Shown: positions 38,038 to 47,897, numbered from the stretch's first letter. The stretch: 64,000 nucleotides of DNA from an uncultured delta proteobacterium (GCA_963775425.1 CAVZJB010000005.1:416001-480000), one strand, 5' to 3'. The notes: a model not told the origin generated them from the sequence alone. Numbers and translations: made by a program.

Positions 38038-39363
38038 ATGAACGAGTCCAGCCACAACAGCTACATGGAAGAGGTCCTCCAGCAGCAACAGGTCGTCGCC
38101 AAGGAGCTCAAGCGCAAGGCGGCGCCGGTGGCGGGTCCGGCGCCGGCCCTGCGGCGGCGTGCGGCGGCGGCGCCCGCGGAGGAGGAGGAGGTGGCGGAGC
38201 GCGCGGTGCAGGTGCGCATCACCGGCTTGTGGCGCTGGCGCACCGTCATCGTGCCGCCCAACGTCTGGGCGGTGCACACGCGGCGCGGGCGCAAGGACCC
38301 CGTGCACATCGGGCTCGGCGTGAGCTTCCCGTTCAACCCCGAGACCGACACGTTCCTCGTGGCCCCGGCCACCATGCAGACGCTCGCGGTCAACGCCCGC
38401 TGCATCTGCACGGAGCGCCAGGGGATCCTCGTGCAGGCCTACGTGCAGTGGATCATCGAGGACTTCAAGTCCGCGTATCAGAAGATCGACTTCTCCGACG
38501 CCGACGACCCCATGCGCATCGTCAACGTCCAGCTTCGCGAGCAGGCGGAGGCGAGCATCAAGGACAAGGTCGCCTCCATGAGCATCGACGAGGTGCTCAC
38601 GGACAAGCGCCCGCTCATCGAGGAGCTCACCGCGCGCCTGCGGTCGGTGGCCGAGGGGCAGGGGCTCAAGATCGTCACGGTGCAGATCAAGGAAGCGGTG
38701 GTGTCGTCGACGAGGTTGTGGGAGGCGTTGCAGAAGCCCTTCCGCGAAGAGCAACAGAAGATCGCGCGCCTCGCCGAGCTCGACCGCGAGCGCGCGGTGC
38801 GCGAGCGGGAGACCGCCGACGCCGCCGCCGAGCACGAGAGCGCGCGCCAGGAGCAGCGCCGCCGCGAGCAGCTCGCCGAGCAGGACGAGCGCGCTCGCGC
38901 CCAGGAGCGAGCGGAGACCGAGCGCGTGCGAAACACGGAGCAGGTGCAGTTGCAGGCGCAGCTGGCCAAGCTCGAGGGGCAGCGGGTGAAGGCCAAGCTC
39001 GACGAGCTCGCGGCCAACGAGGCGCTCGAGGGCGCGTCGGCGGCGCGCGCGATGCTGACCCTGGGGCACGAGCTCGACCGGCGCGCCCGTCAGCACGACG
39101 CCGACGCCGCCAAGGCCCGCGTCGATCTCGAGATCCTCGCGGCCCGCAGAAAGATCGAAAACGAGGTGAGCGGCGCGCGCATCGACGAGTCCCTCATCAA
39201 GATGCTGCCCGACCTGGTGGAGAAGATGCCGGCGCCGGACAAGAGCGAGGTCGTGCACATCTCGGGTGACGGCGCCGCCCCCGACGGCGTGGTGGCCGTC
39301 GCCGGCCTGGTCAAGGCGCTGCGCGCGGTGCTCGCCAGGGCCCCGGGCAACGGAGCGACGTGA
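38038..39363 (+). CDS. SPFH/flotillin-like protein
   Basis: Band-7 core (VASMSIDEVLTDK, GLKIVTVQIKE) followed by a long coiled coil. Confidence 0.85.
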   Translation: MNESSHNSYMEEVLQQQQVVAKELKRKAAPVAGPAPALRRRAAAAPAEEEEVAERAVQVRITGLWRWRTVIVPPNVWAVHTRRGRKDPVHIGLGVSFPFNPETDTFLVAPATMQTLAVNARCICTERQGILVQAYVQWIIEDFKSAYQKIDFSDADDPMRIVNVQLREQAEASIKDKVASMSIDEVLTDKRPLIEELTARLRSVAEGQGLKIVTVQIKEAVVSSTRLWEALQKPFREEQQKIARLAELDRERAVRERETADAAAEHESARQEQRRREQLAEQDERARAQERAETERVRNTEQVQLQAQLAKLEGQRVKAKLDELAANEALEGASAARAMLTLGHELDRRARQHDADAAKARVDLEILAARRKIENEVSGARIDESLIKMLPDLVEKMPAPDKSEVVHISGDGAAPDGVVAVAGLVKALRAVLARAPGNGAT

Positions 39364-39560
39364 GCATGCGCGTGACCGAGTACCGCGTGGTCGAGACGCA
39401 GGTCGTCACCGACGAGACCCTCACGCGCATCCTCAACGAGGAGACGCGCAAGGGCTGGGTCTTCGACGGCATGACCTTCGTCCCCAACGACGCCTCCAAG
39501 CGCCCGAAGATGGCCTTCGTCATCTTCGTGCGGGAGACCGAGGCCGAAGCCGATGCGTGA
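39360..39560 (+). CDS. Small DUF4177-like protein
   Basis: EYRVVE...LNEETRKGW...IFVR pattern; overlaps both neighbours. Confidence 0.7.
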   Translation: MSMRVTEYRVVETQVVTDETLTRILNEETRKGWVFDGMTFVPNDASKRPKMAFVIFVRETEAEADA

Positions 39561-40153
39561 CCCCGCTGCTCCGAGGTGCGCTCGTGGCGGCTGATCCCCG
39601 TCCCTCGCTGACGCCGGCGCTGGAGGCGCTGCTCGACGACGTCGTCGGGCGCACGCCGGAGCTCGACGGCCTCGACGCCGGCGAGATCCTCGTGGTCGGC
39701 ATCGGCGCACACGCGCGCGCGGCGGCGAGCGTTCGCTCGTTCGGCGCGGTCGCCCGCAGCGTCGTCGTCAGCGAGCGCCGCCGCCGCATCGAGCTCGGCC
39801 TGCGCCCGCCGTTCTTCCTCGAGGGCGACGCCCCGCGGCGGCTGGCCACGCTCGTGCACGAGCTCCTGCACCTCGACCCCCGGGCGCCCGGGCGGCTGCT
39901 CGAGGAAAACCGCCACCGCGCACGCTCGCACGCGTCCCTCGAGCGCGAGGCGCGCGTGCTCGCCAAGCGCTACCTCGCGGAGAACCCGACCGAGCGCGTC
40001 CTGTGCCTCGCCCACGACGGCGAGGTGCTGCTGCGGCAGTGGTTGCACCGCCCGTTCGAGAGCACCGCGCGGCAGCGCTTCACCGACGCCGACCTCTTCG
40101 AGGGACCGATCCGCATCGCGACGCGGCGCGGCGCACGCGGCGGATGGTGGTAG
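39557..40153 (+). CDS. Putative zinc metallopeptidase
   Basis: TLVHELLH (HExxH). Confidence 0.65.
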   Translation: MTPLLRGALVAADPRPSLTPALEALLDDVVGRTPELDGLDAGEILVVGIGAHARAAASVRSFGAVARSVVVSERRRRIELGLRPPFFLEGDAPRRLATLVHELLHLDPRAPGRLLEENRHRARSHASLEREARVLAKRYLAENPTERVLCLAHDGEVLLRQWLHRPFESTARQRFTDADLFEGPIRIATRRGARGGWW

Positions 40154-40169
40154 GTTCGCGAGCGACGCC

Positions 40170-40907
40170 ATGCGCATCTCCGCCTCCGCCTTCGCTCGCC
40201 TCGCGGCCGCCTCCGCCGTCGTCGCGCTCGCGCCCGCGGCCCGCGGCGCGGAGCCCACGCGCGGAGCGCTGCAGGACCCGGTCCACGACTACAAGGCCAC
40301 CTGGCCCGACGGCACCCCGCAGGGCGTCGTGGTGTTCCTCCACGGCGTGTCCCTCCACCCGTTCGAGGAGGAGGGCGCCGGCATGGACGCGCTCGCCAAG
40401 GCCGCCACCCGCCGCGGCCTCGTCGCCGTCTTCCCCGTCGGGCGCCGCGTGTGCGACTGGGAGAAGCCCAAGGTGTACGAGCGCTGCTGGCTGCTCGATC
40501 AGGTCGACGACGAGATGCGCGACGTGCGCCGCATCGTGCGCGCCGTGGAGAAGACCGCGGGCGTCCACTTCGAAAAGCGCCAGCTCATCGGCTTCAGCAA
40601 CGGCGGCTTCCTCGTCGCCGGCGCGCTCCAGCGCGGCCTGCTCGACGGCTTCACGCGCGTGGGCATCATCGCCGGCGGCCCTGTCGGCGACGTCGTGCCG
40701 CCGCCGGATTGGCGGCTGCCGCACACGTACATCGAGGTCGGCAAGGACGACCGCTGGCAGCGCGGCACCACCAAGCAGCTCATGACCATGCTGTCGACCA
40801 CCGCCTACGACGAGTCCCTGCACTACCGCGAGGTGCCCGGCGGCCACGTCTTCGACGGCCAGCACGCCGCGAGCTTCCTCGCCTGGTTCTGGGACGACGC
40901 GGGCTGA
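40170..40907 (+). CDS. Secreted alpha/beta hydrolase (esterase-like)
   Basis: Signal peptide, VFLHG, GFSNGG, GKDD, GGH. Confidence 0.85.
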   Translation: MRISASAFARLAAASAVVALAPAARGAEPTRGALQDPVHDYKATWPDGTPQGVVVFLHGVSLHPFEEEGAGMDALAKAATRRGLVAVFPVGRRVCDWEKPKVYERCWLLDQVDDEMRDVRRIVRAVEKTAGVHFEKRQLIGFSNGGFLVAGALQRGLLDGFTRVGIIAGGPVGDVVPPPDWRLPHTYIEVGKDDRWQRGTTKQLMTMLSTTAYDESLHYREVPGGHVFDGQHAASFLAWFWDDAG

Positions 40908-40928
40908 GCCGACGATGGGGCCGGTAGC

Positions 40929-40964
40929 TGATCAGCGACCGGCGGGAGCGGCCGCGCTTGATCA
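40929..40964. repeat. GATC-bounded 30-bp palindromic repeat between convergent genes
   Basis: TGATCAGCGACCGGCGGGAGCGGCCGCGCTTGATCA. Confidence 0.85.
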
Positions 40965-42059
40965 CTCGCGGACGAGCGTGAGCTCCTTGTCGAGGTCGCC
41001 GCCGCCGAGGACGAGGTTCCCGTCGCCGTCGAGGGAGGCCGAGTAGGTGATGGTCACCTTGGCCGTCGACGTCACCGTCAGCCGGCCCGTGGAGTAGCGC
41101 CACGAGCCCGAGAGCGGGCCGAAGGCGACGGAGCCGGTGGGCGCCAGCTTGAGGTGCAGCGTGTCGGTGCTGGCGGCGTCGACGACGCGCCAGGAGCCGA
41201 TGAGCTGCTCGCGCGTCAAAGGCCCCGAGACCCTCCGGTGCTCGTCGTCATCGGTGACCCTCACGCGCTGGGCGCCCGAGCGGCGGAACTTCATGTCGTC
41301 GCCTAGGTTGGGCGAGCTCAACACGAGCGAATTGCCGTCGAGCACGTAGCGGTACGACTCCGCGCCCTCGGCGATGGTGAGCACGAGCTTGCCGCCGTCG
41401 GCCTGGTAGCCGCCCTTGAGCGGTCCGAGCTGGAAGCGGCCGTCCTCCTCGAGGACGAGGTCGGGGCCGCCGCCGAGGTTGATCCACGTGCCGACGAGGG
41501 TGGCGTACATCCCCTTGCCGGCGACGGCGCGGTAGCTGCCGAGCATCCGGTCGAGGTCGCGCGTGAACGCCCCGCGCTTCTTCTGCAGCGTCTCGAAGTG
41601 GAGGACGTGGACGTGGCCGTACGCGTGCAGCGCGTACACCTCGATGGCGCGCACGGTGTGGCTGTCGCCGGAGGCGTACACGGAGAACGTCCGGCGCACC
41701 GCGGGCATCAGGCCCACGCTGGTGGGGATGTCGCCGCCGTGCTTGTAGCCGAGCTCGCTCTTGGCGGCCTCCTCGGCCTCGTCGAGCGTCTCCTTGCTGG
41801 TCTCACCGGGCCGGATGTCGCGCACGCTCACGCGCAGGATGCCGGGGACGCCGCCGACGACCTTCTTGAAGATCATCCCCGTGGTGTCGCCGGGCAGGGG
41901 CGCGAGCTGCCAGCCGCTCTCGAGGTGGATGCAGAAGCGGTGCTGCGTGTCGTCGTAGTCGCCCTTGGGGCACGCCCCGTCGCCGACGGCTCGCGCCGCG
42001 GACGGCGCTCCGAGCGCGACGGCGGCGGCGAGCGCGAGGGAGGCACCGAGCGGGCGCAT
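40962..42059 (-). CDS. Secreted protein with two lipocalin-like GxW modules
   Basis: Signal peptide; LVGTW and LIGSW repeats. Confidence 0.7.
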   Translation of the reverse strand: MRPLGASLALAAAVALGAPSAARAVGDGACPKGDYDDTQHRFCIHLESGWQLAPLPGDTTGMIFKKVVGGVPGILRVSVRDIRPGETSKETLDEAEEAAKSELGYKHGGDIPTSVGLMPAVRRTFSVYASGDSHTVRAIEVYALHAYGHVHVLHFETLQKKRGAFTRDLDRMLGSYRAVAGKGMYATLVGTWINLGGGPDLVLEEDGRFQLGPLKGGYQADGGKLVLTIAEGAESYRYVLDGNSLVLSSPNLGDDMKFRRSGAQRVRVTDDDEHRRVSGPLTREQLIGSWRVVDAASTDTLHLKLAPTGSVAFGPLSGSWRYSTGRLTVTSTAKVTITYSASLDGDGNLVLGGGDLDKELTLVRE

Positions 42060-42160
42060 GGGCGCACGATAGACGAACGCCGGGGCGCCCGGCATTCAGG
42101 ACCCCGGGGTGCGCGCAAGGCGCACATCAAGGCGTGGCGAGGCCGGCCGATGGGGGATCG

Positions 42161-43567
42161 GTGGCCCGGATCGACTCCTTCCTCGCGCAGCTCATGGCCT
42201 ACGAGGCCGAGGCCCTCCTCATCGAGAGCGGGGACAACCTCTATCTCGTGAAGGGCGAGCAGCGGCTCCCGCTCATGCACGTGCCCGCCGGCGCCATCCA
42301 GAACGCACACGTGGTGACGCTCCTCGGCGAGGTCGCGCCGCCGGAGATCTGCCGGCGGCTCGAGGCAGGTGAGGGCGCGGAGTGGGTGTACCCGTGGGGG
42401 AGCTGCTCGATCGCCTGCGCCGTCACCGTCGAAGACGGACGCATGCGCGCGCACCTCCGCGACGCCTCGGCCTTCACCGCGTCCGCTGCGGCGCCGGCGC
42501 CGCTGCGCGCCGCGCCGGACGAGGCCGCCGACGGGGTCTGGCAGGGGCCGGCCGTCGAGCGCTATCTGCGCGCGGCCCTCCGGACGGGCAGCGCGGATCT
42601 CCACCTCACCGCGGGACGCGTGCCGATGTGCCGCGTGGACGGCGAGATGGTCGCGCTGCCGGACTTCGCGCCGCTCGAGCCGTACAGCCTGCAAAAGATG
42701 ATCGAAGAGATCGTGCCCGATCGGGCCAAAACGGATCTCGACGCGACGCACGACGTCGACTTCTCCTGGGAGATCGATTGCGCGCGCGTGCGCTGCAACG
42801 TCTTTCGCGACTGCACCGGTGTGGGCGCGGTGCTCCGCGCGTTCCCGCTCCGGGCGATGACGGTGGCGGAGCTCGGCGCGCCGGCGCCGCTCGTGGCGAT
42901 GTGCGCGCAGCGCCACGGGCTCATCGTCGTCACCGGCCCGAGCGGCAGCGGCAAGTCCACCACGGCGGCCGCGTTGATCGACTGGATCAACGACAACCGC
43001 GCGGATCACATCGTCACCGTCGAGGAACCGGTGGAGATCGTGCACGTGCCGAAGCGTGCGCTGGTGAACCAGCGGCAGGTCCGCGAGCACACCGGCAGCT
43101 TCGCCCGCGCCCTGCGCGCGGCCCAGCGGGAAGACCCCGACGTGGTGTTCGTGAGCGACGTCCACGACGTCGAGACGCTCGCGACCGTCCTCGATATGGC
43201 CGAGCGGCACCTCGTCATCGTGGTGATGCACACGCGATCCGCCGCCGCCGCCCTGGAGCGCATCGTCGATCGGTTCTCGCCCGATCAACAGCACCACGCC
43301 CGCAACGTCCTCGCCGAGTGTTTGGTCGGCGTCGTGGCGCAGACGCTGTGCAAGAAGATCGGCGGCGGCCGCGCCGCGGCGTTCGAGGTCCTCGAAGGCG
43401 GCGGGGCCACGGCGACGCTCATTCGCGAGCGGCGGACGAGCGAGCTGCCGCGCACCCTCGACGCGACCCTGCGGGCCCTCGTGGACGCCGGCGTCATCGA
43501 CGCGCGCGAAGCTGTTGCGCGCGCGGTCGACCAGCGTGCCTTTCAACAGTTGAAGGCGGTCGCATGA
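42161..43567 (+). CDS. PilT/PilU-like ATPase paralogue with extra N-terminal domain and degenerate motifs
   Basis: SADLHL, RCNVF, GPSGSGKST, TVEEPVE, REDPDVVFVSDVHD, MHT, TLIRE. Confidence 0.85.
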   Translation: MARIDSFLAQLMAYEAEALLIESGDNLYLVKGEQRLPLMHVPAGAIQNAHVVTLLGEVAPPEICRRLEAGEGAEWVYPWGSCSIACAVTVEDGRMRAHLRDASAFTASAAAPAPLRAAPDEAADGVWQGPAVERYLRAALRTGSADLHLTAGRVPMCRVDGEMVALPDFAPLEPYSLQKMIEEIVPDRAKTDLDATHDVDFSWEIDCARVRCNVFRDCTGVGAVLRAFPLRAMTVAELGAPAPLVAMCAQRHGLIVVTGPSGSGKSTTAAALIDWINDNRADHIVTVEEPVEIVHVPKRALVNQRQVREHTGSFARALRAAQREDPDVVFVSDVHDVETLATVLDMAERHLVIVVMHTRSAAAALERIVDRFSPDQQHHARNVLAECLVGVVAQTLCKKIGGGRAAAFEVLEGGGATATLIRERRTSELPRTLDATLRALVDAGVIDAREAVARAVDQRAFQQLKAVA

Positions 43568-44443
43568 ACGTGTCTGTCGCCAACCCCGACATCGCACTCG
43601 ACCCGCTCGAAGCGATCACCGTCGACGACGTGGACGTCGACGATTCTCATTTCCTCGCGCGCCACGGCACCCGACGTGGTGAAGTTGCCCCCGTCGGCGG
43701 CGCTCGTGAACGCTGCGATCGCCTCGGGCGCCAAGCTCTCCGAGATCACGAAGCTCGTCGAGCTCGACACCGCGCTCGGCGAGAACATCGCGCGCCTCGC
43801 GCGCTCGGCGGCCTACACGAGCGCGGTCGGCGAGAAGGTCTCGCTGCCCTACGCGCTCATGCGCCTTGGCCGCGAAGGCGTGCGCGCCGCGTGTTTCACG
43901 TCGACGCTCGCGAAGCCCGCGCTGCGGCCGGGGCCGCTCCTCCCGCTGCGCAGCCGCGTCTGGCGGGAGTGCATCGCGTCCGCGCTCGCGTGCCAGGCGT
44001 TGGCCGGGAGCAAGGCGCCGGAGCACGACGCGTATCTCCTCGGCTTGCTCCACGACTTCGGCAAGATCCTCGCGCTCGGCATCGTCGAGGGCGCCCTCGC
44101 GCCGGGTGACGCCGGGACGTTCGCGGGGATCGGCGCGTCGTTCTTCGCCGACGCCGCCGAGCGACACCACTGCGACCTCGGGTGGATCGTCACGGACGCG
44201 TGGCACCTGCCCGAGCCCATCCCCACGGTCACCGCGCGCCACCACGTCCGCGACGACGACGATCCGCTCCACGGCCTCGTGACCGTGGCGGATCGCGTCG
44301 TGCGCGAGGCCGCCCGGCGCCGCTGGCAGATCTCGGCCGAGGACATCGAGCGCATCGACGGCATCTACACACGTGACGAGGCCATGTCCGTGCGCATCGC
44401 CATCGCCAAGCACCCCTACGTCTACACCGCCGTGACGGGTTGA
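43564..44443 (+). CDS. HDOD-domain protein; +1 frameshift at ~43645
   Basis: ELDTAL...ARSAAY, LGLLHDFGK, HCDLG...WHLP...HH. The ATG at 43564 (ATGA overlap) joins the main frame if one T is removed from GATTCT. Confidence 0.85.
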
Positions 44444-44474
44444 CCCGAAGGCCCTGGAGTGGCCCAATTCGGCG

Positions 44475-46721
44475 ATGCCGGTTCGTTCGCACGGCACCAA
44501 GCCTCACGCTCGCAGGCGCGCCGGTGGTAGCGAGACCACCACGTCCGCCGCGGGCAAGCCCAAGAGCCCCAAGAAGGCGAAGGCGACGACGTCGACCGAG
44601 GCGGGGACGTCGCCGCCGCTCGACACCGACGTGGTCACCAACGTGGCGCAAGCGGGCGCGGCGCCGCCGGGCGCCGTGCGCGTGGGACACCCCGGCCTCG
44701 CGCGCACGGAGGCGTTGGCGAGGTCGAACAAGCCGTTCGCCTCACGCAGGACCGCCGACGCCGCCGCCGACGCCGCCGCCATCGAGAGGTGCCTCGACAC
44801 GCCCAACGCGTGGTCCGTGCTGCGCAAGCACACCACCAAGAAGGACCTGCACGACGTCGGGGACATGTGCCGGCGGCTCAACCCCGAGCGCTGGCAGGAG
44901 ATCTACGCGGGCTTCTTCGACGCCGTCCTGCGCACCCAGGCGGCCAAGCCCGCGGCGTTGAAGGCGCGCGACAAGGCGCTCCCCGCGGAGTGGTTCCACG
45001 AGCCCTTCTATTACACGTACGTGCAGTACTTCGGCACCAAGGACGCGCGGAGCACCTCCACCTTCGACGACCTCATCAAGATGCTCGACTACCTCGACGA
45101 CGCGGGCATCAAGAACGTCTTCCTCCTGCCGCACTACGAGTCGCCCATGGGCGACGGCGGCTACGACGTCTCCGACTTCGCGCCGCGCAAGGACCTCGGC
45201 GGCGAGGAGGCCTTCGAACGCTTCATGGCGGAGGCCACGCGGCGCGGCTTTCGCGTCGCGACCGATCTGCCGCTCAACCACACGTCGGTGAAGCACAAGT
45301 GGTTCCAGGCGGCGCTCAAGGGCGACGCCGAGAAGCTCGACTACTACCTGCGCCGCGACGGTCGAAAGAAGGTCGGCGAGCGCGACGAAAACGGCGACAT
45401 CGTCTGCCGCTACCAGGACCCCGACGGCACCATCACCGAGCGCGTGCTGATCTTCCCCGACGTCGACCGGGAGCACGGCGAGGTGTTCGAGATCGGCGGC
45501 AAGCAGGTGAACATCTACCAGGAGTTCTACCCGTTCCAGCTCGACCTCGACCTCGAAAACCCGGCGTTGCTCGACGAGATCTTCAAGCTCGTCGGCGACG
45601 AGACCAACCAGGGCATCCTCGGCAAGCGCACCGACGCCATCGCCCACTGGATCAAGAAGCCCGGCACGGCGGCGGACGGGTTGCCCGAGACACACGCGGT
45701 GCACGCGCTCATCAAGTCCTTCCTCAAGCACGTCGCGCCGAAGGCCGTCGTCCTCCCGGAGGCCGTGCGCGGCGCCGACATCTGCGCGCAGTACTGCGGC
45801 GTCGACACCGAGGTCGCCGGCAACGCCACCAGCTCCGAGGGCGACGCGCTGTTCAACTTCGACATGCAGGGCGCGCTTCGGGAGATGCTGTACTTCCAGA
45901 CCACCACGCCGTTTTGGGAGAAGGTCTTCCGGATGCCCGCGCTGCCGGCGGACGCCACGTGGCTCAACCTGCTCGAGCACCACGACGAGACGTACCTCGG
46001 CATGATCAGCGAAGAAAACCGCGGCTGGCTCGGCAAGTACGTCGAGGACAAGGGGGGCGTCGTCTACAAAAACGGCATGAGCGCCGGCGGCCGCTACGCC
46101 GACAACCTCGGCCACGACGCCGACCGCATCGCCAACGCCGTGTTCGCCCTCTACATGACCCCCGGCGTGCCGGTGATGTACTACGGCACCGAGATAGGCG
46201 CGGGGAACAACCCGGCCCACGCCGCGCGCATGCAGAAGAAGCAGCACGGCATCTTCAAGCAGCTCGGGCTCGACGTGACGGAGGAGCAGGCCTTCGACCC
46301 ACGCGAGCTTCAGCGCGGGCCCGTGCCGGCGAAGAAGTTCGACGACGCGCGCGCCAAGAAGTCACCGCCGTTTCAAACCTTCAAGGCGCTGAACCGCCTG
46401 CGCGCCGAGCGGCCGTCGGTGCGCAGCAACCTGCTCACGCCCGTCGACAACGGCCACGACGGCGTGCTCTCGCTCGTGAAGTTCACCGACGACGGCTCGG
46501 ACACCCCCGTGCTCGCGCTCGCGAACCTCACCGGCGACAAGCAGACCCTCCGCATCCCGCTCGACCAGCTCCGCGAGAAGCTCGGCCTAAAAGACGGCAA
46601 GCCCTTCGTGCTCGAAGATCTTCTGGGCGCTGGCCGTGTGGACGCCGAGATCGCGGGCGGCGCCGTGCGCATCGAGATGCCGCCGTACGGGCGCCTGCTG
46701 CTCGACCGCCGGCTCGCTTGA
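44475..46721 (+). CDS. GH13 alpha-amylase-family enzyme, trehalose synthase (TreS)-like
   Basis: SPMGDGGYDVSDF, LNHTS, QLDL, RTDAI (nucleophile), LPEA (acid/base), HHDE, PGVPVMYYGTEIG. Confidence 0.85.
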   Translation: MPVRSHGTKPHARRRAGGSETTTSAAGKPKSPKKAKATTSTEAGTSPPLDTDVVTNVAQAGAAPPGAVRVGHPGLARTEALARSNKPFASRRTADAAADAAAIERCLDTPNAWSVLRKHTTKKDLHDVGDMCRRLNPERWQEIYAGFFDAVLRTQAAKPAALKARDKALPAEWFHEPFYYTYVQYFGTKDARSTSTFDDLIKMLDYLDDAGIKNVFLLPHYESPMGDGGYDVSDFAPRKDLGGEEAFERFMAEATRRGFRVATDLPLNHTSVKHKWFQAALKGDAEKLDYYLRRDGRKKVGERDENGDIVCRYQDPDGTITERVLIFPDVDREHGEVFEIGGKQVNIYQEFYPFQLDLDLENPALLDEIFKLVGDETNQGILGKRTDAIAHWIKKPGTAADGLPETHAVHALIKSFLKHVAPKAVVLPEAVRGADICAQYCGVDTEVAGNATSSEGDALFNFDMQGALREMLYFQTTTPFWEKVFRMPALPADATWLNLLEHHDETYLGMISEENRGWLGKYVEDKGGVVYKNGMSAGGRYADNLGHDADRIANAVFALYMTPGVPVMYYGTEIGAGNNPAHAARMQKKQHGIFKQLGLDVTEEQAFDPRELQRGPVPAKKFDDARAKKSPPFQTFKALNRLRAERPSVRSNLLTPVDNGHDGVLSLVKFTDDGSDTPVLALANLTGDKQTLRIPLDQLREKLGLKDGKPFVLEDLLGAGRVDAEIAGGAVRIEMPPYGRLLLDRRLA

Positions 46722-46757
46722 CTCAAGCGACCGGAGGGAGCGGCCGCGCTTGGGTCA
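46719..46757. repeat. Palindromic repeat copy joining two convergent stop codons; possible terminator
   Basis: TGACTCAAGCGACCGGAGGGAGCGGCCGCGCTTGGGTCA. Confidence 0.8.
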
Positions 46758-47330
46758 GTCCTCACCGCCGTTGGCGGCTTTCTGGATGAGCTGGCGGGAG
46801 GTCCGGAGCAGCCGGGCGGCACCGGAGCGATTCCCGCCGGCCTTGTCGAGGGCCTGGATCAACAAGGAACGACGCACCTCCCGCTCGAACGCGAGGAGTG
46901 AGACACGTCCGACATAGCGCGCGAGGAGCGCGTAGATGGGAGGGGGATCTTCCCGCTCCGCGCGGTCGAACGCAGACAGCAGGGTCGCCGCGGTCAGCGG
47001 TGAGTCGAGCAGGCTGTGCACCCCGAGGGAGCCGAGCGCGAACATCTCCTCGAACGTGAAGCCGTCCTTCACCGCCAACACATGCGGCGTGGGCAGGCTC
47101 AGGGTCGCGGTGCGAGCGACGTCGATCCCGGGGCCGTCGTCGAGCGTCGAGGACACGACGACGAAGTCGAGGTGGGAGCTGAGCAGGATCCGATCGATGG
47201 CGTCGGCGCGCGAGGTGCTCGCCATGACGAGGGTGCCTTGCCGGCGAAGGCCCCAGGTGAGCTGCGCGACGACTGCGCGGTCGGTGAGCGCCAGCAGCAC
47301 GTTCCGCTTACGCCGATTTCGCCTACGCAT
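46755..47330 (-). CDS. RegA/PrrA-like regulator: pseudo-receiver plus Fis-type HTH
   Basis: DFVVVSSTLDDGPG; ALDKAGGNRSGAARLLRTSRQLIQ. Confidence 0.82.
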   Translation of the reverse strand: MRRRNRRKRNVLLALTDRAVVAQLTWGLRRQGTLVMASTSRADAIDRILLSSHLDFVVVSSTLDDGPGIDVARTATLSLPTPHVLAVKDGFTFEEMFALGSLGVHSLLDSPLTAATLLSAFDRAEREDPPPIYALLARYVGRVSLLAFEREVRRSLLIQALDKAGGNRSGAARLLRTSRQLIQKAANGGED

Positions 47331-47489
47331 CTCTCCGGCAGCGTGGCACGCGCGTTCGACGCAGTGCGTTTTCGCTCAAAGTTGAGACACCGGGATATGC
47401 GACCGGTCGGTTTTCGCGCTCTCTCGCCAGGGTGGCCCGCAACAACTGTGGCAGTGCCGGTCGCCCGATCGGACTGGTAAGTGCGCCGC

Positions 47490-47891
47490 ATGTCCAATGC
47501 TCTTGAGATCGGTCCGCACCGGTTCGATTTCCAGCCACCCGCCCTCGTGTATTTGAGCTTCGTCGACAACATCGATGACGCACACGCGGCGACGGTGATC
47601 GAGGCGTGCGGCCGGTCGACCGCGAAGAAGCCGTTCGCGATCGTCTGCCACACGCCCGGGATGAAGAACGTGACGCCGCGCGCGCGCAAGGTCTTCGCGG
47701 ACGGATTCAAGAAGATGCCTCTGGTGGCCGCGGCCTTCGTGGACGCCTCCATCCGGACGCGGGCGATCGTGACGTTCGTCGTCACCGCCATCAACGTCTT
47801 CCGTTCGAAGAAGATGGCCTTCGCGTTCTTCGACCGCGAGGAAGAGGCGAAGACCTGGGCCATCACCGAGCTCGCGACCTGGACCGAGTGA
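47490..47891 (+). CDS. STAS/SEC14-like (SpoIIAA-like) small protein
   Basis: TPRARK, AAAFVDAS, FAFFDREEEAKTW pattern of myxobacterial STAS/SEC14 proteins. Confidence 0.75.
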   Translation: MSNALEIGPHRFDFQPPALVYLSFVDNIDDAHAATVIEACGRSTAKKPFAIVCHTPGMKNVTPRARKVFADGFKKMPLVAAAFVDASIRTRAIVTFVVTAINVFRSKKMAFAFFDREEEAKTWAITELATWTE

Positions 47892-47897
47892 CGGGAG

